Shown here: positions 1-10,113 of the stretch, piece after piece
Position numbering within the stretch: the stretch's first letter is position 1
Layout: each line of letters begins with the position of its first letter
Assembly: GCA_009859145.1 (NCBI GenBank)
Contig: VRVR01000005.1
Coordinates: 75,917 to 139,916 of the forward strand
Direction of reading: 5' to 3'
DNA from: Andalucia godoyi And28
Lineage: Eukaryota; Protista; Jakobida
DNA length: 64,000 bases
Position numbers and translations under genes: made by a program
The notes under the pieces: model-generated
Told to the model about the DNA's origin: nothing
What the model saw: the letters and a program-made list of their open reading frames with translations, nothing else
Database searches by the model: none

Positions 1-2
1 GC

Positions 3-3000
3 GAGCTCTCTCCAGCGCTACGATCTCGCTTGACGGAAATTTGGGTTCCTTCCCCACTGTCTGATCTGCGAGACCGCAATTTTCTGGTGCAGGGGCTCTG
101 CGGAGCTTCGGAATTTGGCCGGTCGTCAGAGTTGACTGCATTTGCAAAAGTTGTTGATCGCATTTGCGATGCAATTTCCACCAATCACGGCATCGGTTCA
201 CTGCGGCGAACGGTTTCTGTGCGTGACTTGGCCTACTGGATTCGATCCACAAAATCCTTTGTGTCTTCCTGCGGGATGGAATTCGGACTGGCATTTTGCC
301 TGGCTGGCGAGATGGTTTTCCTCGACTCCATATCCGCCAAGTCTCCAGAGCGCATTGAATGGCAGGACTACTTCAGAGAAGCCGTCTATTTGTCTCAGTT
401 TCCTTTGTGGAATGTCACCCCGCCCTGCCATTTTGAACGACCATCTGGAATTGCCTTTGGATCTCCGGAATTTTTCTCTGTCCCTGTGACAGAAAAGAGA
501 CCCGTGACGTTCTCATTTGCGGCGCCTGTAACCCGAACGGTCACGCATTCTTTGCTTCGGGCTTTCAGCTTGAATCAGCCAGTTTTGCTGGAAGGTCCTC
601 CTGGAGTTGGAAAGACTGCCGTTGTCGAGCAACTGGCAAGAGTGCTTGGAATCCAGGTCGTCCGTGTCAATCTGTCGGACCAGACGGATCTTGCGGATCT
701 TGTAGGACAAGACGCGCCTTCAGAAGGGCATCGCTTCGTTTGGAAAGACGGCCCTCTGCTATCCGCGATGAAGTCAGGTTCCTGGTTGCTCCTGGATGAA
801 TTGAATCTTGCTCCGCAGACTGTTCTTGAAGGTCTCAACTCCATCCTTGACCATCGCAAGCAAATCTTTGTCCCTGAACTTGGAGCAACGATCACCGCCG
901 CTCCACAGTTTCGTGTTTTTGCTGCACAGAACCCTGTTTCGGGCGGCGGTGGACGTAAGGGACTGCCGCAGTCATTTTTGAATCGATTTGTGCTAGTCTC
1001 TGTCCCCGAAATGAGTCGCGAGGACGTTCTGTCCATTCTTTCCTCCGTGTACGAATCCTGTGTCAGTGAATCAGAGAGAGATCATATGGTTGCCGTAATG
1101 GAGACTGGAGGATTGAACCTGCGAGATGTCTTACGATGGGCGGACAAAATGAGGTTCAACATGTCTTTCGCGGATGCCCTGCGTTGGACGTCTCTGATGC
1201 GCGTGTCCCAGCTGCAGGATCGCACGGCGATCTGGAATGCTGTTGGGAAGCCGGGTGAGGTTGGCAGAGACAGCGATCCTCGCTACACCGCAGCATTCTT
1301 CAATGAGTTTTTGAAAGGCGCTTGCGACACGGCCGGGCATCCAGAGCTAGTCATGACGTCGCGCTTTCTGCCTCTTTTGTACGGATGTGTCAGCGCACTG
1401 TCTCCGGACAATGTCAACAGTCGCTTGTTGATTTTATCCGGAACACCTGGTACTGGAAGGTCTTCGTTGATCACGGCTGCACATTCTCTGCTGCAACTTG
1501 GACCTACCGTGAGAGTAGTGTCACTTCCGGTTTCTTCCTCTACCGATTCTGCGGATCTGTTGGGTACTTATGAACAAACGAATCGTAGCCATCGTGTCGC
1601 GCTTCTCAAAGATGACATCGGAAGAATCGTAGTTTCCTGTGCAAAAACGTGTGCAGATGTTCATCAGTACATGATTGCGCATTCTCTTTGGCAGTCGTAC
1701 TTTTCCTGGGAATCATCTTTGGAGGAGAGTGCGTGGGCTGCGTTGCTGAATGAAGTGAGCAACTTTGATGCGGAATTTGCTGCGAGAATGCGTGCTGCTC
1801 ATGCCTCTTATACATCGTCTCTGAACTCTGTCTTCTCGTGGGTCGACGGACTCTTGGTTCGTTCGTGTCTTTCAGGCGATTGGTTGATTTTGGAACACGC
1901 CGAACTCTGCCCCGGAGCCGTGTTGGATCGTTTAAATGCGTTGTGCGAGCCCAATGGTGTACTGCATATCACCGAGGCAGGCGAGGACCGATGCATTGTT
2001 CCACACGCGAATTTCAAATTGGTAATGATGGTGGACTCGAAGAACGGTCACGTATCTCGGGCAATGCGCAGCAGAGCCGTGGAAGTCTCCGTCGAAGATC
2101 TGTCCTCTCTGTGGGAATGGTCGCTGCTGTCTTGTGCTGCAGACAGCGTCCCTTTGCTTTCGTGCCTCCGAGCTGCTCAGACGCATTCATTGTCTCTCGG
2201 AGTCTCCGTGCTGACTGCTTCCAAACTGAGCAGGACTGCCAGCTCAATGAAGTCCTGGTGCTGGCTATCCGATTCCCCGTTTCAGTTGCGTTCTTTGGGT
2301 CTTTCTGTTGACGCACGAGATTTAGATGGGCAGCAGGTGCTCCAGTTTTTCACAAGGCTTCCGGTGGCCATTCAGCCTGATCGAGCCGTGCGCGCTTTGG
2401 CTCATTTGAATCCACAGCACGATCACATCGTGAAGCTGATCACTGGTGTGAGTGCCGTATCGCAATCCAGTGTCGAATGCATCATTCGGGCGGAGGCTTG
2501 GCGATTAGGTGCTGTTGCGTCAAATGCACAGGTCGATCTGAATCGGTCTTCGGACGACGCAGATTTTCTGACGGTGGTGCGTTCCCTGATGGTTTCGGAT
2601 TTCAATGATCCTTCTTCAGTGAAGGGAAAGGCAATTCGCAACATTGTAATGGCGGTCCTAACCGACCTGCAAGGAAACATCTCGCAGTACACTCCGAGAT
2701 TTCGCGAAATTGCTCTTGGAGTGGTTTTCGCCCTTCTTCAAGGACACGATGTGCCCGCAAAGTGGCTGCACAAGTGGCTGCTCAGGCTGTTGAAGACGCC
2801 GTCATCCACCGTTACTTTGTCCCTGGATGCACTCGTGGGGTCAATGAGCACCCATGGTTCCGATGAACTGCTGAAGCAGGTGAAATCGTGGCTTCGTCCT
2901 GTTTCCGGCTCGATGGAAGCTGTGCTAAGTAAGTTGGAGCGACAGTTTGAAGAGGCCTCGAGCAAACATCTTGTGGACGAGCAAAATTTCATCCAAGCAT

Positions 3001-6000
3001 TTGCGACGCTGGTTTCTCTGAAGTTTCTCAAACCAACTGTTGGCATCATTGACGGACTGCGTGTCGCGGTCGAAAGTTCCGTTTCAGCAGAGACGCGGCG
3101 TCCGCTGTTGAAGAATGAGGATCCTCTTCAAGAACTGCAACAATACTACAGTGTTGCGAAGTACTTTTATGCATCCTTTTCAAGTGATATGTTCAAGACT
3201 AACTTCGTTTGGAAAAGCATCATATCGCATGCCTACACATTGGCGTCCCGGTGGGCTGCGGATCAGCACAGCCGGTTTTTCGTCCCACTGTTTTCATTTT
3301 CGCTGTCCAAGATCTGTATGTACGAGCTGTTTGCGTTTTCAGAACCCTTCCCGCTTGTTGCCGCGCTGAAACTGCGGTCACGGCTATTGTCCGTTTCTGC
3401 TGCGGAATACAAGTTGGGTACTTTCGATTTGGTTCGGAAGTACGGCTCCATGGATGGCCCTAATTTCAAAGCAGGACTTGATTCTCTGTTGGAGAAACTG
3501 GGCGAGAACGTTTTTGGCCGGAAAATGCAATCATTCGAAGCTTGTGCCCTCTCGATGCTAGGCGTCCTGTCGCAGTATTGTCGGTATCCGCCAGAACTGA
3601 AGCATCGTGTTCTTTCTCAAGCGTACAGTGCATCCAAACAGACGTTGTGCGACGTCATGAATGCCTACGTAGCGTCTTTGAAACTGAACGATTACCAGCT
3701 CCAATCTCAGTCCTGGAGCAATCAGATGCAGGAGCTGGACGCATTGCTCGAAAGATCTCTCGCCCAAGCAGGAGAGTTTTCGGCCGACGATTGGAATCGG
3801 GTCGACGGTATACTTCACGAAACCACGGTGCTGTGTCAATCGGGACATATGGACGCCAGTTCTTTAGAAATGATGAGGTCCTCGTCCCTCAAGATTGAGA
3901 ACCTGCGCGTTCGAGTCATGTATCAATTCTGTTTGAGCATGTTGCAGCTTCACTCGCTGCATTTGTCTGTGTGCTCGACTGCTGTTCCTCGATGGGTAGA
4001 TTCGATTCTTGCATACCCTCCGAGGAAGACTGATCGCATTTGCGATTCATTGCCGTTAAAATCAAAGATCGTGGAGTCTCTGTTGCGAGGGAATGCGACG
4101 GATTGTTTGGAGTTCATCCTTGCGGCGTACATTCGCAAGCGCCAAGCCCAGCAGGAAGAACTGGGAGAAAAAGGTTTCCAGTTTGTGAAGAGTCAAAGGT
4201 TGAAAATACTGGAAGATACCAACCCAGACAAGAAAGACTACGATGCAGAAATCCAGGAACGGAACGCTTTGGACGACCAGTTAGCCAGAGAGCTCTTCAG
4301 GGAAGCCGCGGATTCATTGGCATTTGCAGATCATCCATCGGCAGATAGCATTGGCCCGGTGGACGATGACGATGTATCGGAAGCTGTTACTCTGTTTTTG
4401 AATTCCCGGGCGCTGGATCCGTTTTCATTGCTTGGAACTGTTTTGAGGATGCGTGCCGAGTACGTGGACCGCAGTCCCCTGGCGTTTTCGTCAGCAGTGA
4501 TCCCTATACGAGCTATTTCAGAGCTTTTTATTGCCGAGTGTACCGAGTCAGACTCGGGGAGAACCTTTTTCCAGCCGAATCCGTTGGAATCGACGCTCGT
4601 GATGGATGTCCTCTCTCCCTTCCGTGCTCGCCTGATAGACCTTTTGGAAGTTCATCCTGAGCACCCTCAGCTGCTTGTTGCACTGGAGCACATCGATCGG
4701 ATGGTCTCGTTTCCCGTTCCCAAGACTGCTTTGAGCACATTTGCGATGGGTCTCGAAATGCTTGTTGACCGTGTTTCCGACTGGAATCGTCTTCATGGTC
4801 CGAATTCTAGGTATCATATCGCTTTGGATGATGTCGTTCGGCTGCTGTTGCGATGGAGGAAATTGGAAACGGAATGTTGGCAATCGATTTGCGAAGAAGC
4901 TGTGCGGCACAAGGATTTCTCATTTGTTCCTCAGATTTGGGCTGCCATACGTCCAGCTTCTGCTATGGACGCGGCCTCAGCGGACGCGGAGTTATCTCTC
5001 GTGGAGGGTGCGACATCTTATGTTACTGGGGCGCAGCTTGGGTCGTTTGCGACTGTTCTGAAATGCCTGAACGTCATGGCGACTACTGCATCGTCTAGTA
5101 CGCTGAGAGGAGTCTTGCGTTTGATAGAAGTGGTTTACAAGCCGATCATTGAGAATGCTGTATCTGCCGAGAGTTCCTTGCATCGTGACCGCATTCGTCA
5201 GGCTCGGGAGGAGGTGAAATGGAGAGATGCTTCCGTAGAGGGACTTCGTGATGCCGTGGCGAAAAATCGTCGCTTGCTTGCTCGAACCGTCCGATCGTGG
5301 AAGGAAGCTATGGCGAAGCCAGTTAGCCCGTTGCTTGTGGGCCATGTTTCACCTCCAATCTCAGAGCCGACATTGCAAGTTCCGGCGTGCATCACCTCTG
5401 TGATGCCAAAGGCTATTGTATTGAATTCCGTCCCGATCCTGCTGACGCACGAAGAAGCTGTCTCTGTATCAGGAACGCGGCACCTGGGCAATGTGAGTGC
5501 CATCGGAGCAAAGATGGAGCGTCTTCTATCTTCTTCTGTGCACGCAATACGCAAAGGCTTTTCCGAGATGTCGTCAGATGTAGTAGAAAACTACGAGACG
5601 TTGCAATCACGTTTGATGGAGTTGCAGCGGATGGGAAGAAATCCCTCCACTCGGAAACCCAAGGAGACTGCGTTTACGGACTTACTGCGAGCGCTGACAG
5701 AGTGGAAACTGCCGCATTTGAAAAGTTCCGTTCCGCAAGACATGTGGTCGTCCTGGAGACGGTACTTTCGACAAGATCTGCTGACTTCCGATCCAGCGTT
5801 CAGCAGCTATTTTGTTCTGATGGATCGTTGCATGGCATGTTTCCATCCATTGTGGCCGAGGTCTGGAGCGCTTCCTCCAACCGTGGAAGAAAAGGCACGG
5901 AATATGGTACAGAACATGTTGTACCTATGCTACCGATTCGCTCAAGACTTGCGGAAAATGGAGGACATCAGGGGAAAACTGCACGCTGCTAACCGAGAGC

Positions 6001-9000
6001 GGGTCTGTGATACTTGGGTTCCTTCCAACCTTCGCCATCTTTGCTCTCGCTTGCAGGAGTTGTGCACGTCTGCTGGCTTTGCGGTGCAGTACACAAAGTG
6101 GACTAAACTCGCCGTCTCTTCACTGGCAGACTTGCAAGAAAAACTAGGCTCGTTGTCAGACGTTCTTGGAACTTCTTGTACAGGACCGTTTCTTTCAGCT
6201 GGCGATTTGATGATCATGGAGACTGCGGCTCGGGACATCGATTCAACTATGACTTCGTGCATGCACATGTCCACTGTCGTTTCCGATGCTGGGCTACAAG
6301 AGTTGATGTTAGTCCTTCACTGCGATTGGATGGTCGTACGTGACGAGCTGATGTCGAGTATCCGTGCGCCCGCATCTGTTTCCTTTGAAAGCTCCACGTC
6401 GCTACTTGATCTCGCTGTCCATGATATGATGTTGCTCACAGAAGGTCTTCATGCAATAGAAAACCTTGTGTCGGATGTTGACTTGTCCATGTTCGATAAG
6501 ATCCATTCCACTGTTTCGACGTTCGACATTTGCAATGTGGAATCTGTTTGCTTGTGGCATGCGACGTCCGTGATAGCGCATGTGCTGGAGAAATCGCTGT
6601 CCTCGATTTGTGCTGCAGGTCGGTCCGTGCTTCAATCGTTGTGCCACTTGTTTGCTGCTCTATCCAAATGTATGTCTCATGTTGTCTTCCATGGTTTCTG
6701 CGTGGACGAATCGGAGCCGTCCGAAGAGGATTCAGGAGGAGGACAGGAAGGGGTCGGCCAAGGGGTTGGAATGGGGAATGGAGAAGGTGTCGAGAATGTT
6801 TCTGAGCAAATTGAGCATCCCGATCAGCTTATGGGACTGGACAATGAGCCCAAGGATTCTTCAAAGCAGCCAGAAAAGAATGATGGCCAAGGCTTTGATA
6901 TGGATTCTGCGCAAGATTTTGAGGGAAATATGGAAGATCTGGATGAGAAAGATCAGCCCAAAGAAGAAGAACTCAGTGATCTTGAAGACGTCGAGGGTAA
7001 GGATGAAAATGACACTACGCGCGATGTGGACAAGAAATTGTGGGACGAGGAAGATGCCGACAAAGAACGACAAGAAGATAGTCAACAAGAAGATCGCGAT
7101 GCTGACGCTCAAGGTGGCGACGATGAAGTGGCGGCAAAAGAAGAAAAAGATGATGATGATGATGCAATGCGCGACGACGCCAAGGAGAAGGAAACGAATC
7201 CGCAATCGAAGAAGCCGAAACCGAAGAAAAACGAGGATACCGGTGATTCGGAATCTGCAGACCAAGACGAAGTCGAGGACCAAGATCAAGATCAAGATCA
7301 AGACCTCATGGATGATCACGCAAAACAAGACGGCGTAAAGGACGATCCAGAACTTCGTCCAGATGCGGAAGATTTTGAGCTTCCGGATATTCCAGATGAC
7401 ACTCAAGAAGGGGAAAGCGAAGGGGAAAGCGATGCTCCGGATGGTGATGAAGCTGTGGGCGATCTCGGACAGAGTGATCGTGAAGATTTGCGCTCGGAAA
7501 TTTCGAGCTTGGACGAGGATGCTTCCTCGAATGACGATGGCGAACAAGACATGACGGACAGTGACGCATCCGACGGGTCTGGTGATGGAGAAGAGCCAAA
7601 CATGGATCGAGATGAGTTTCAAAAGTCTTCCACTGCAGAACAGCAACAAGGAAATGAGGCCCTCTATGGAGTGTCGCATGAAGCGGGGGGAGAAAGCCTT
7701 CATGAAACTGAAAAGTCCAGGCGCCAAGAAATGGAAAGTGAGCCTTCCGGTGCGAAAGAGGAATCCAATGGTCGGGATGGCAGTGGTCAATTGTCATCTG
7801 AAAATAGCAAGGAGAACTCGTCCGGAGAGTCTGGAAATCGAAAGAAGGACGTCAATCCGTTTGCATCCTTGTCAAAGGCGGAGAAGCTGTGGAACAAACA
7901 AGTGAACTTGGCAAATGAGCTTGCAAAGGAGGATGCCATTGTGGATGACGCTGATATGAAGGATGTTGGTCGAGTGGAAGGGGAGGATGGAGAGGATGAA
8001 ATGAACGCCGTTGGGGATGCAACTCTGGAGCAGCAGTTGAAGCAAGAGCACTCTTTGAAGAATCCCGCTGAGCCAGAAGAGGAAGAAAGCGAAGAAAAAG
8101 ACAGGGCTGCGCGCGGAGACGAGAGCGAATTGGCTGATGAAGACGTGGACATGCAGGATTCAGAAATCCTCGAGTCTGCTGAAAAGAACAAGAAACAGTC
8201 GAAACTCAATCGCTCTGGAAAGAGCGGGCTGAACGAAAACTCTGCCCCGGATGTTGCACAAATGGCGTCGCATGAATGGTTGCAGCACGTGAATCAAAAC
8301 CCAGTGACGGACTCGGGAAGCTTTAGCAGAGGCGACACGCAGAAACTGCCGGAGGAACTCGTGAATGCTGTGTTTGAGTTCAAACCGTCATCAACGAATC
8401 TCACAGATACATTTTCCAGCGCGGAAGTGATCAGCGCGTGGCGAAACATGGAGAAGTCTTCTCTCCCTGTCGCGATGGAGATCGCCGAACACATCCGAAC
8501 CATCCTGACCCCGCAGAGAGCCACAAGGCTTCGTGGCGACTACCGTTCCGGGAAGCGCATTTCCATGAAGCGCATCATTCCGTTCGTGGCGTCTCAGTTT
8601 CGAAAGGACAAGATATGGCTACGGCGCACAAAGCCTGCGAAACGAGATTACGCCATCATGCTGGCAATGGACAACACACGGTCCATGCGTGAGTGCGGAG
8701 CCGCCATTGAGGCTGTCACTGCGCTTTCTGTGCTGAGCAGAGTTTGCTCGATGGCCGAAGTCGGAACGTTTGCAGTCGCTCGTCTCGGGGATCCGAGTGC
8801 TTGTGGAGGTCAGGTGATTCTGAATCCTGGATGGATTGACCATTCGTTGAGCGATGACGAGGCACTGGGAATCCTCAAGACATTGAGCTTTGCCGAAGAA
8901 GCGTCTTCTGACGCTCGCAATTTGGAGCTCTGTCTCTCTGCTCTTGATGAACAACGCGTTGCTGCGAACTCGGCTCCAGGGAATCGCATTTCTGTACAGC

Positions 9001-9299
9001 TCCTGCTCATTGTGTCCGACGGACGGATCGTGGATTCGAGAAGGAATGAAATTGTTTCCATGGTTGCCAGAGCTTCGGAAAGGAAGCAAATGGTCGTTTA
9101 CGTCATTATTGATCCAGAAGGCAAGGTTGGGTCAATGCAGAAGGTTTCGGTTTCCGCGGACGGCAAGGTTAAGCGAGAACGCTATCTCGATGTCTTCCCC
9201 TACCAGTACTATGTCATCGTGCAAGACGTCAAGTCGCTGGCTCGTGTCCTGGGTGATGCGCTTCGACAGTGGATGGAAGCTTTGCAAGAGGACATGTAG
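3..9299 (+). CDS. MDN1: Midasin / Rea1 AAA+ ATPase (pre-60S remodelling), 5'-truncated by window edge
   Basis: Frame open from position 3 (ELSPALRSRLTEIW, end of an AAA module); AAA with GPPGVGKT and WLLLDELNLA, degenerate last AAA (GTPGTGRS / WLILEH), long helical linker, D/E-rich tract (~6700-8200), C-terminal vWA/MIDAS (DYAIMLAMDNTRSM...LLLIVSDG...YLDVFPYQYY). Confidence 0.96.
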   Translation, partial: ELSPALRSRLTEIWVPSPLSDLRDRNFLVQGLCGASEFGRSSELTAFAKVVDRICDAISTNHGIGSLRRTVSVRDLAYWIRSTKSFVSSCGMEFGLAFCLAGEMVFLDSISAKSPERIEWQDYFREAVYLSQFPLWNVTPPCHFERPSGIAFGSPEFFSVPVTEKRPVTFSFAAPVTRTVTHSLLRAFSLNQPVLLEGPPGVGKTAVVEQLARVLGIQVVRVNLSDQTDLADLVGQDAPSEGHRFVWKDGPLLSAMKSGSWLLLDELNLAPQTVLEGLNSILDHRKQIFVPELGATITAAPQFRVFAAQNPVSGGGGRKGLPQSFLNRFVLVSVPEMSREDVLSILSSVYESCVSESERDHMVAVMETGGLNLRDVLRWADKMRFNMSFADALRWTSLMRVSQLQDRTAIWNAVGKPGEVGRDSDPRYTAAFFNEFLKGACDTAGHPELVMTSRFLPLLYGCVSALSPDNVNSRLLILSGTPGTGRSSLITAAHSLLQLGPTVRVVSLPVSSSTDSADLLGTYEQTNRSHRVALLKDDIGRIVVSCAKTCADVHQYMIAHSLWQSYFSWESSLEESAWAALLNEVSNFDAEFAARMRAAHASYTSSLNSVFSWVDGLLVRSCLSGDWLILEHAELCPGAVLDRLNALCEPNGVLHITEAGEDRCIVPHANFKLVMMVDSKNGHVSRAMRSRAVEVSVEDLSSLWEWSLLSCAADSVPLLSCLRAAQTHSLSLGVSVLTASKLSRTASSMKSWCWLSDSPFQLRSLGLSVDARDLDGQQVLQFFTRLPVAIQPDRAVRALAHLNPQHDHIVKLITGVSAVSQSSVECIIRAEAWRLGAVASNAQVDLNRSSDDADFLTVVRSLMVSDFNDPSSVKGKAIRNIVMAVLTDLQGNISQYTPRFREIALGVVFALLQGHDVPAKWLHKWLLRLLKTPSSTVTLSLDALVGSMSTHGSDELLKQVKSWLRPVSGSMEAVLSKLERQFEEASSKHLVDEQNFIQAFATLVSLKFLKPTVGIIDGLRVAVESSVSAETRRPLLKNEDPLQELQQYYSVAKYFYASFSSDMFKTNFVWKSIISHAYTLASRWAADQHSRFFVPLFSFSLSKICMYELFAFSEPFPLVAALKLRSRLLSVSAAEYKLGTFDLVRKYGSMDGPNFKAGLDSLLEKLGENVFGRKMQSFEACALSMLGVLSQYCRYPPELKHRVLSQAYSASKQTLCDVMNAYVASLKLNDYQLQSQSWSNQMQELDALLERSLAQAGEFSADDWNRVDGILHETTVLCQSGHMDASSLEMMRSSSLKIENLRVRVMYQFCLSMLQLHSLHLSVCSTAVPRWVDSILAYPPRKTDRICDSLPLKSKIVESLLRGNATDCLEFILAAYIRKRQAQQEELGEKGFQFVKSQRLKILEDTNPDKKDYDAEIQERNALDDQLARELFREAADSLAFADHPSADSIGPVDDDDVSEAVTLFLNSRALDPFSLLGTVLRMRAEYVDRSPLAFSSAVIPIRAISELFIAECTESDSGRTFFQPNPLESTLVMDVLSPFRARLIDLLEVHPEHPQLLVALEHIDRMVSFPVPKTALSTFAMGLEMLVDRVSDWNRLHGPNSRYHIALDDVVRLLLRWRKLETECWQSICEEAVRHKDFSFVPQIWAAIRPASAMDAASADAELSLVEGATSYVTGAQLGSFATVLKCLNVMATTASSSTLRGVLRLIEVVYKPIIENAVSAESSLHRDRIRQAREEVKWRDASVEGLRDAVAKNRRLLARTVRSWKEAMAKPVSPLLVGHVSPPISEPTLQVPACITSVMPKAIVLNSVPILLTHEEAVSVSGTRHLGNVSAIGAKMERLLSSSVHAIRKGFSEMSSDVVENYETLQSRLMELQRMGRNPSTRKPKETAFTDLLRALTEWKLPHLKSSVPQDMWSSWRRYFRQDLLTSDPAFSSYFVLMDRCMACFHPLWPRSGALPPTVEEKARNMVQNMLYLCYRFAQDLRKMEDIRGKLHAANRERVCDTWVPSNLRHLCSRLQELCTSAGFAVQYTKWTKLAVSSLADLQEKLGSLSDVLGTSCTGPFLSAGDLMIMETAARDIDSTMTSCMHMSTVVSDAGLQELMLVLHCDWMVVRDELMSSIRAPASVSFESSTSLLDLAVHDMMLLTEGLHAIENLVSDVDLSMFDKIHSTVSTFDICNVESVCLWHATSVIAHVLEKSLSSICAAGRSVLQSLCHLFAALSKCMSHVVFHGFCVDESEPSEEDSGGGQEGVGQGVGMGNGEGVENVSEQIEHPDQLMGLDNEPKDSSKQPEKNDGQGFDMDSAQDFEGNMEDLDEKDQPKEEELSDLEDVEGKDENDTTRDVDKKLWDEEDADKERQEDSQQEDRDADAQGGDDEVAAKEEKDDDDDAMRDDAKEKETNPQSKKPKPKKNEDTGDSESADQDEVEDQDQDQDQDLMDDHAKQDGVKDDPELRPDAEDFELPDIPDDTQEGESEGESDAPDGDEAVGDLGQSDREDLRSEISSLDEDASSNDDGEQDMTDSDASDGSGDGEEPNMDRDEFQKSSTAEQQQGNEALYGVSHEAGGESLHETEKSRRQEMESEPSGAKEESNGRDGSGQLSSENSKENSSGESGNRKKDVNPFASLSKAEKLWNKQVNLANELAKEDAIVDDADMKDVGRVEGEDGEDEMNAVGDATLEQQLKQEHSLKNPAEPEEEESEEKDRAARGDESELADEDVDMQDSEILESAEKNKKQSKLNRSGKSGLNENSAPDVAQMASHEWLQHVNQNPVTDSGSFSRGDTQKLPEELVNAVFEFKPSSTNLTDTFSSAEVISAWRNMEKSSLPVAMEIAEHIRTILTPQRATRLRGDYRSGKRISMKRIIPFVASQFRKDKIWLRRTKPAKRDYAIMLAMDNTRSMRECGAAIEAVTALSVLSRVCSMAEVGTFAVARLGDPSACGGQVILNPGWIDHSLSDDEALGILKTLSFAEEASSDARNLELCLSALDEQRVAANSAPGNRISVQLLLIVSDGRIVDSRRNEIVSMVARASERKQMVVYVIIDPEGKVGSMQKVSVSADGKVKRERYLDVFPYQYYVIVQDVKSLARVLGDALRQWMEALQEDM

Positions 9300-9470
9300 C
9301 ATCCCCATCTATCCTTACCTCCTCAAATAAAAAGTCACAAACTTGAAGCGAAGAAGTCCTTGAATCCTGTGCGGAGGGTCAGCAGCCCAACTATCAGACG
9401 TACCACGTGGATTGCTTCTATAACCCTCCAGCCCAAATGTCTGGGTGGAACGGCTGTGAATATACATCAT

Positions 9471-9682
9471 CGGATAGTATGGCTGAGTTGGCAGCCGTCG
9501 ACATTGCTGTTGAAATGAAGGCCGACCTTTTTCTTCTACAGACTGCTGCTACAGATTATTGTTGTTGCTGTTGTTGTCGCGGCGCCGTAGGTGTGCAGGT
9601 CGAGGCCCAAATGAGACACTATCGAATTGTAAAAAGTCACTTTTTACGACAAATAAATCTGTCTGAGGCGCAGCAGGCGGGC
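9471..9682 (+). repeat. Dispersed intergenic element, copy 1 (homologous to 53603-53759, inverted)
   Basis: 9471-9502 matches the reverse complement of 53728-53759 at 29/32 nt; 9665-9682 matches the reverse complement of 53603-53620 at 16/18 nt; blocks are colinear. Confidence 0.85.
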
Positions 9683-9814
9683 TAAATGTTTGGAGAGGTT
9701 TGGGTTTGGAGGTGTGGTATTCAGGGGCGTCAAATCCGTGAAAAAACATACGAAATACGTGTGGAGAGACTTGAACGATTCGTCCACGAATGTCATCTCC
9801 TGCCTTTTTTGCCG

Positions 9815-9817
<3 letters not shown>

Positions 9818-9862
<45 letters not shown>

Positions 9863-9865
9863 TTC

Positions 9866-9897
<32 letters not shown>
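9818..9897. repeat. (CT)n + (CA)n compound microsatellite
   Basis: Direct reading of the sequence. Confidence 0.97.
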
Positions 9898-10113
9898 GAC
9901 TCTTTCCCGCTTGTGTAAACCAAAGGCAGGAAGTGAAAGCCCATCATCGTTCATCAACTTCTTCCATTCTGTCTGTCTTTTTCCATTTTGTTTTTTTCTT
10001 TCCTTTCCTTTCCTTTCCTTTCTTTTTTTCTCTCTCTCTCCTACATGATATCACAATTTGCAATTTTTCTTGTCTGCATATTTCCTCTTTGTTTGTCTCA
10101 AGACACTTTTGAA

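Noticed and set aside
9437-10102. Alternative 5' exon for the A2M-like gene (ATG 9437, GTATGG donor 9477, AAG acceptor 10102, in frame)
   Set aside because: The donor lies inside the duplicated element and is GCATGG in the other copy; the intron would be 626 nt, far longer than the others, with no clear branch site; in-frame joining has a 1-in-3 chance.
9686-10112. ORFs rich in LSLS/ERER, YYYY, SSSS or LNER repeats here and elsewhere in the track
   Set aside because: Translations of microsatellites, not genes.
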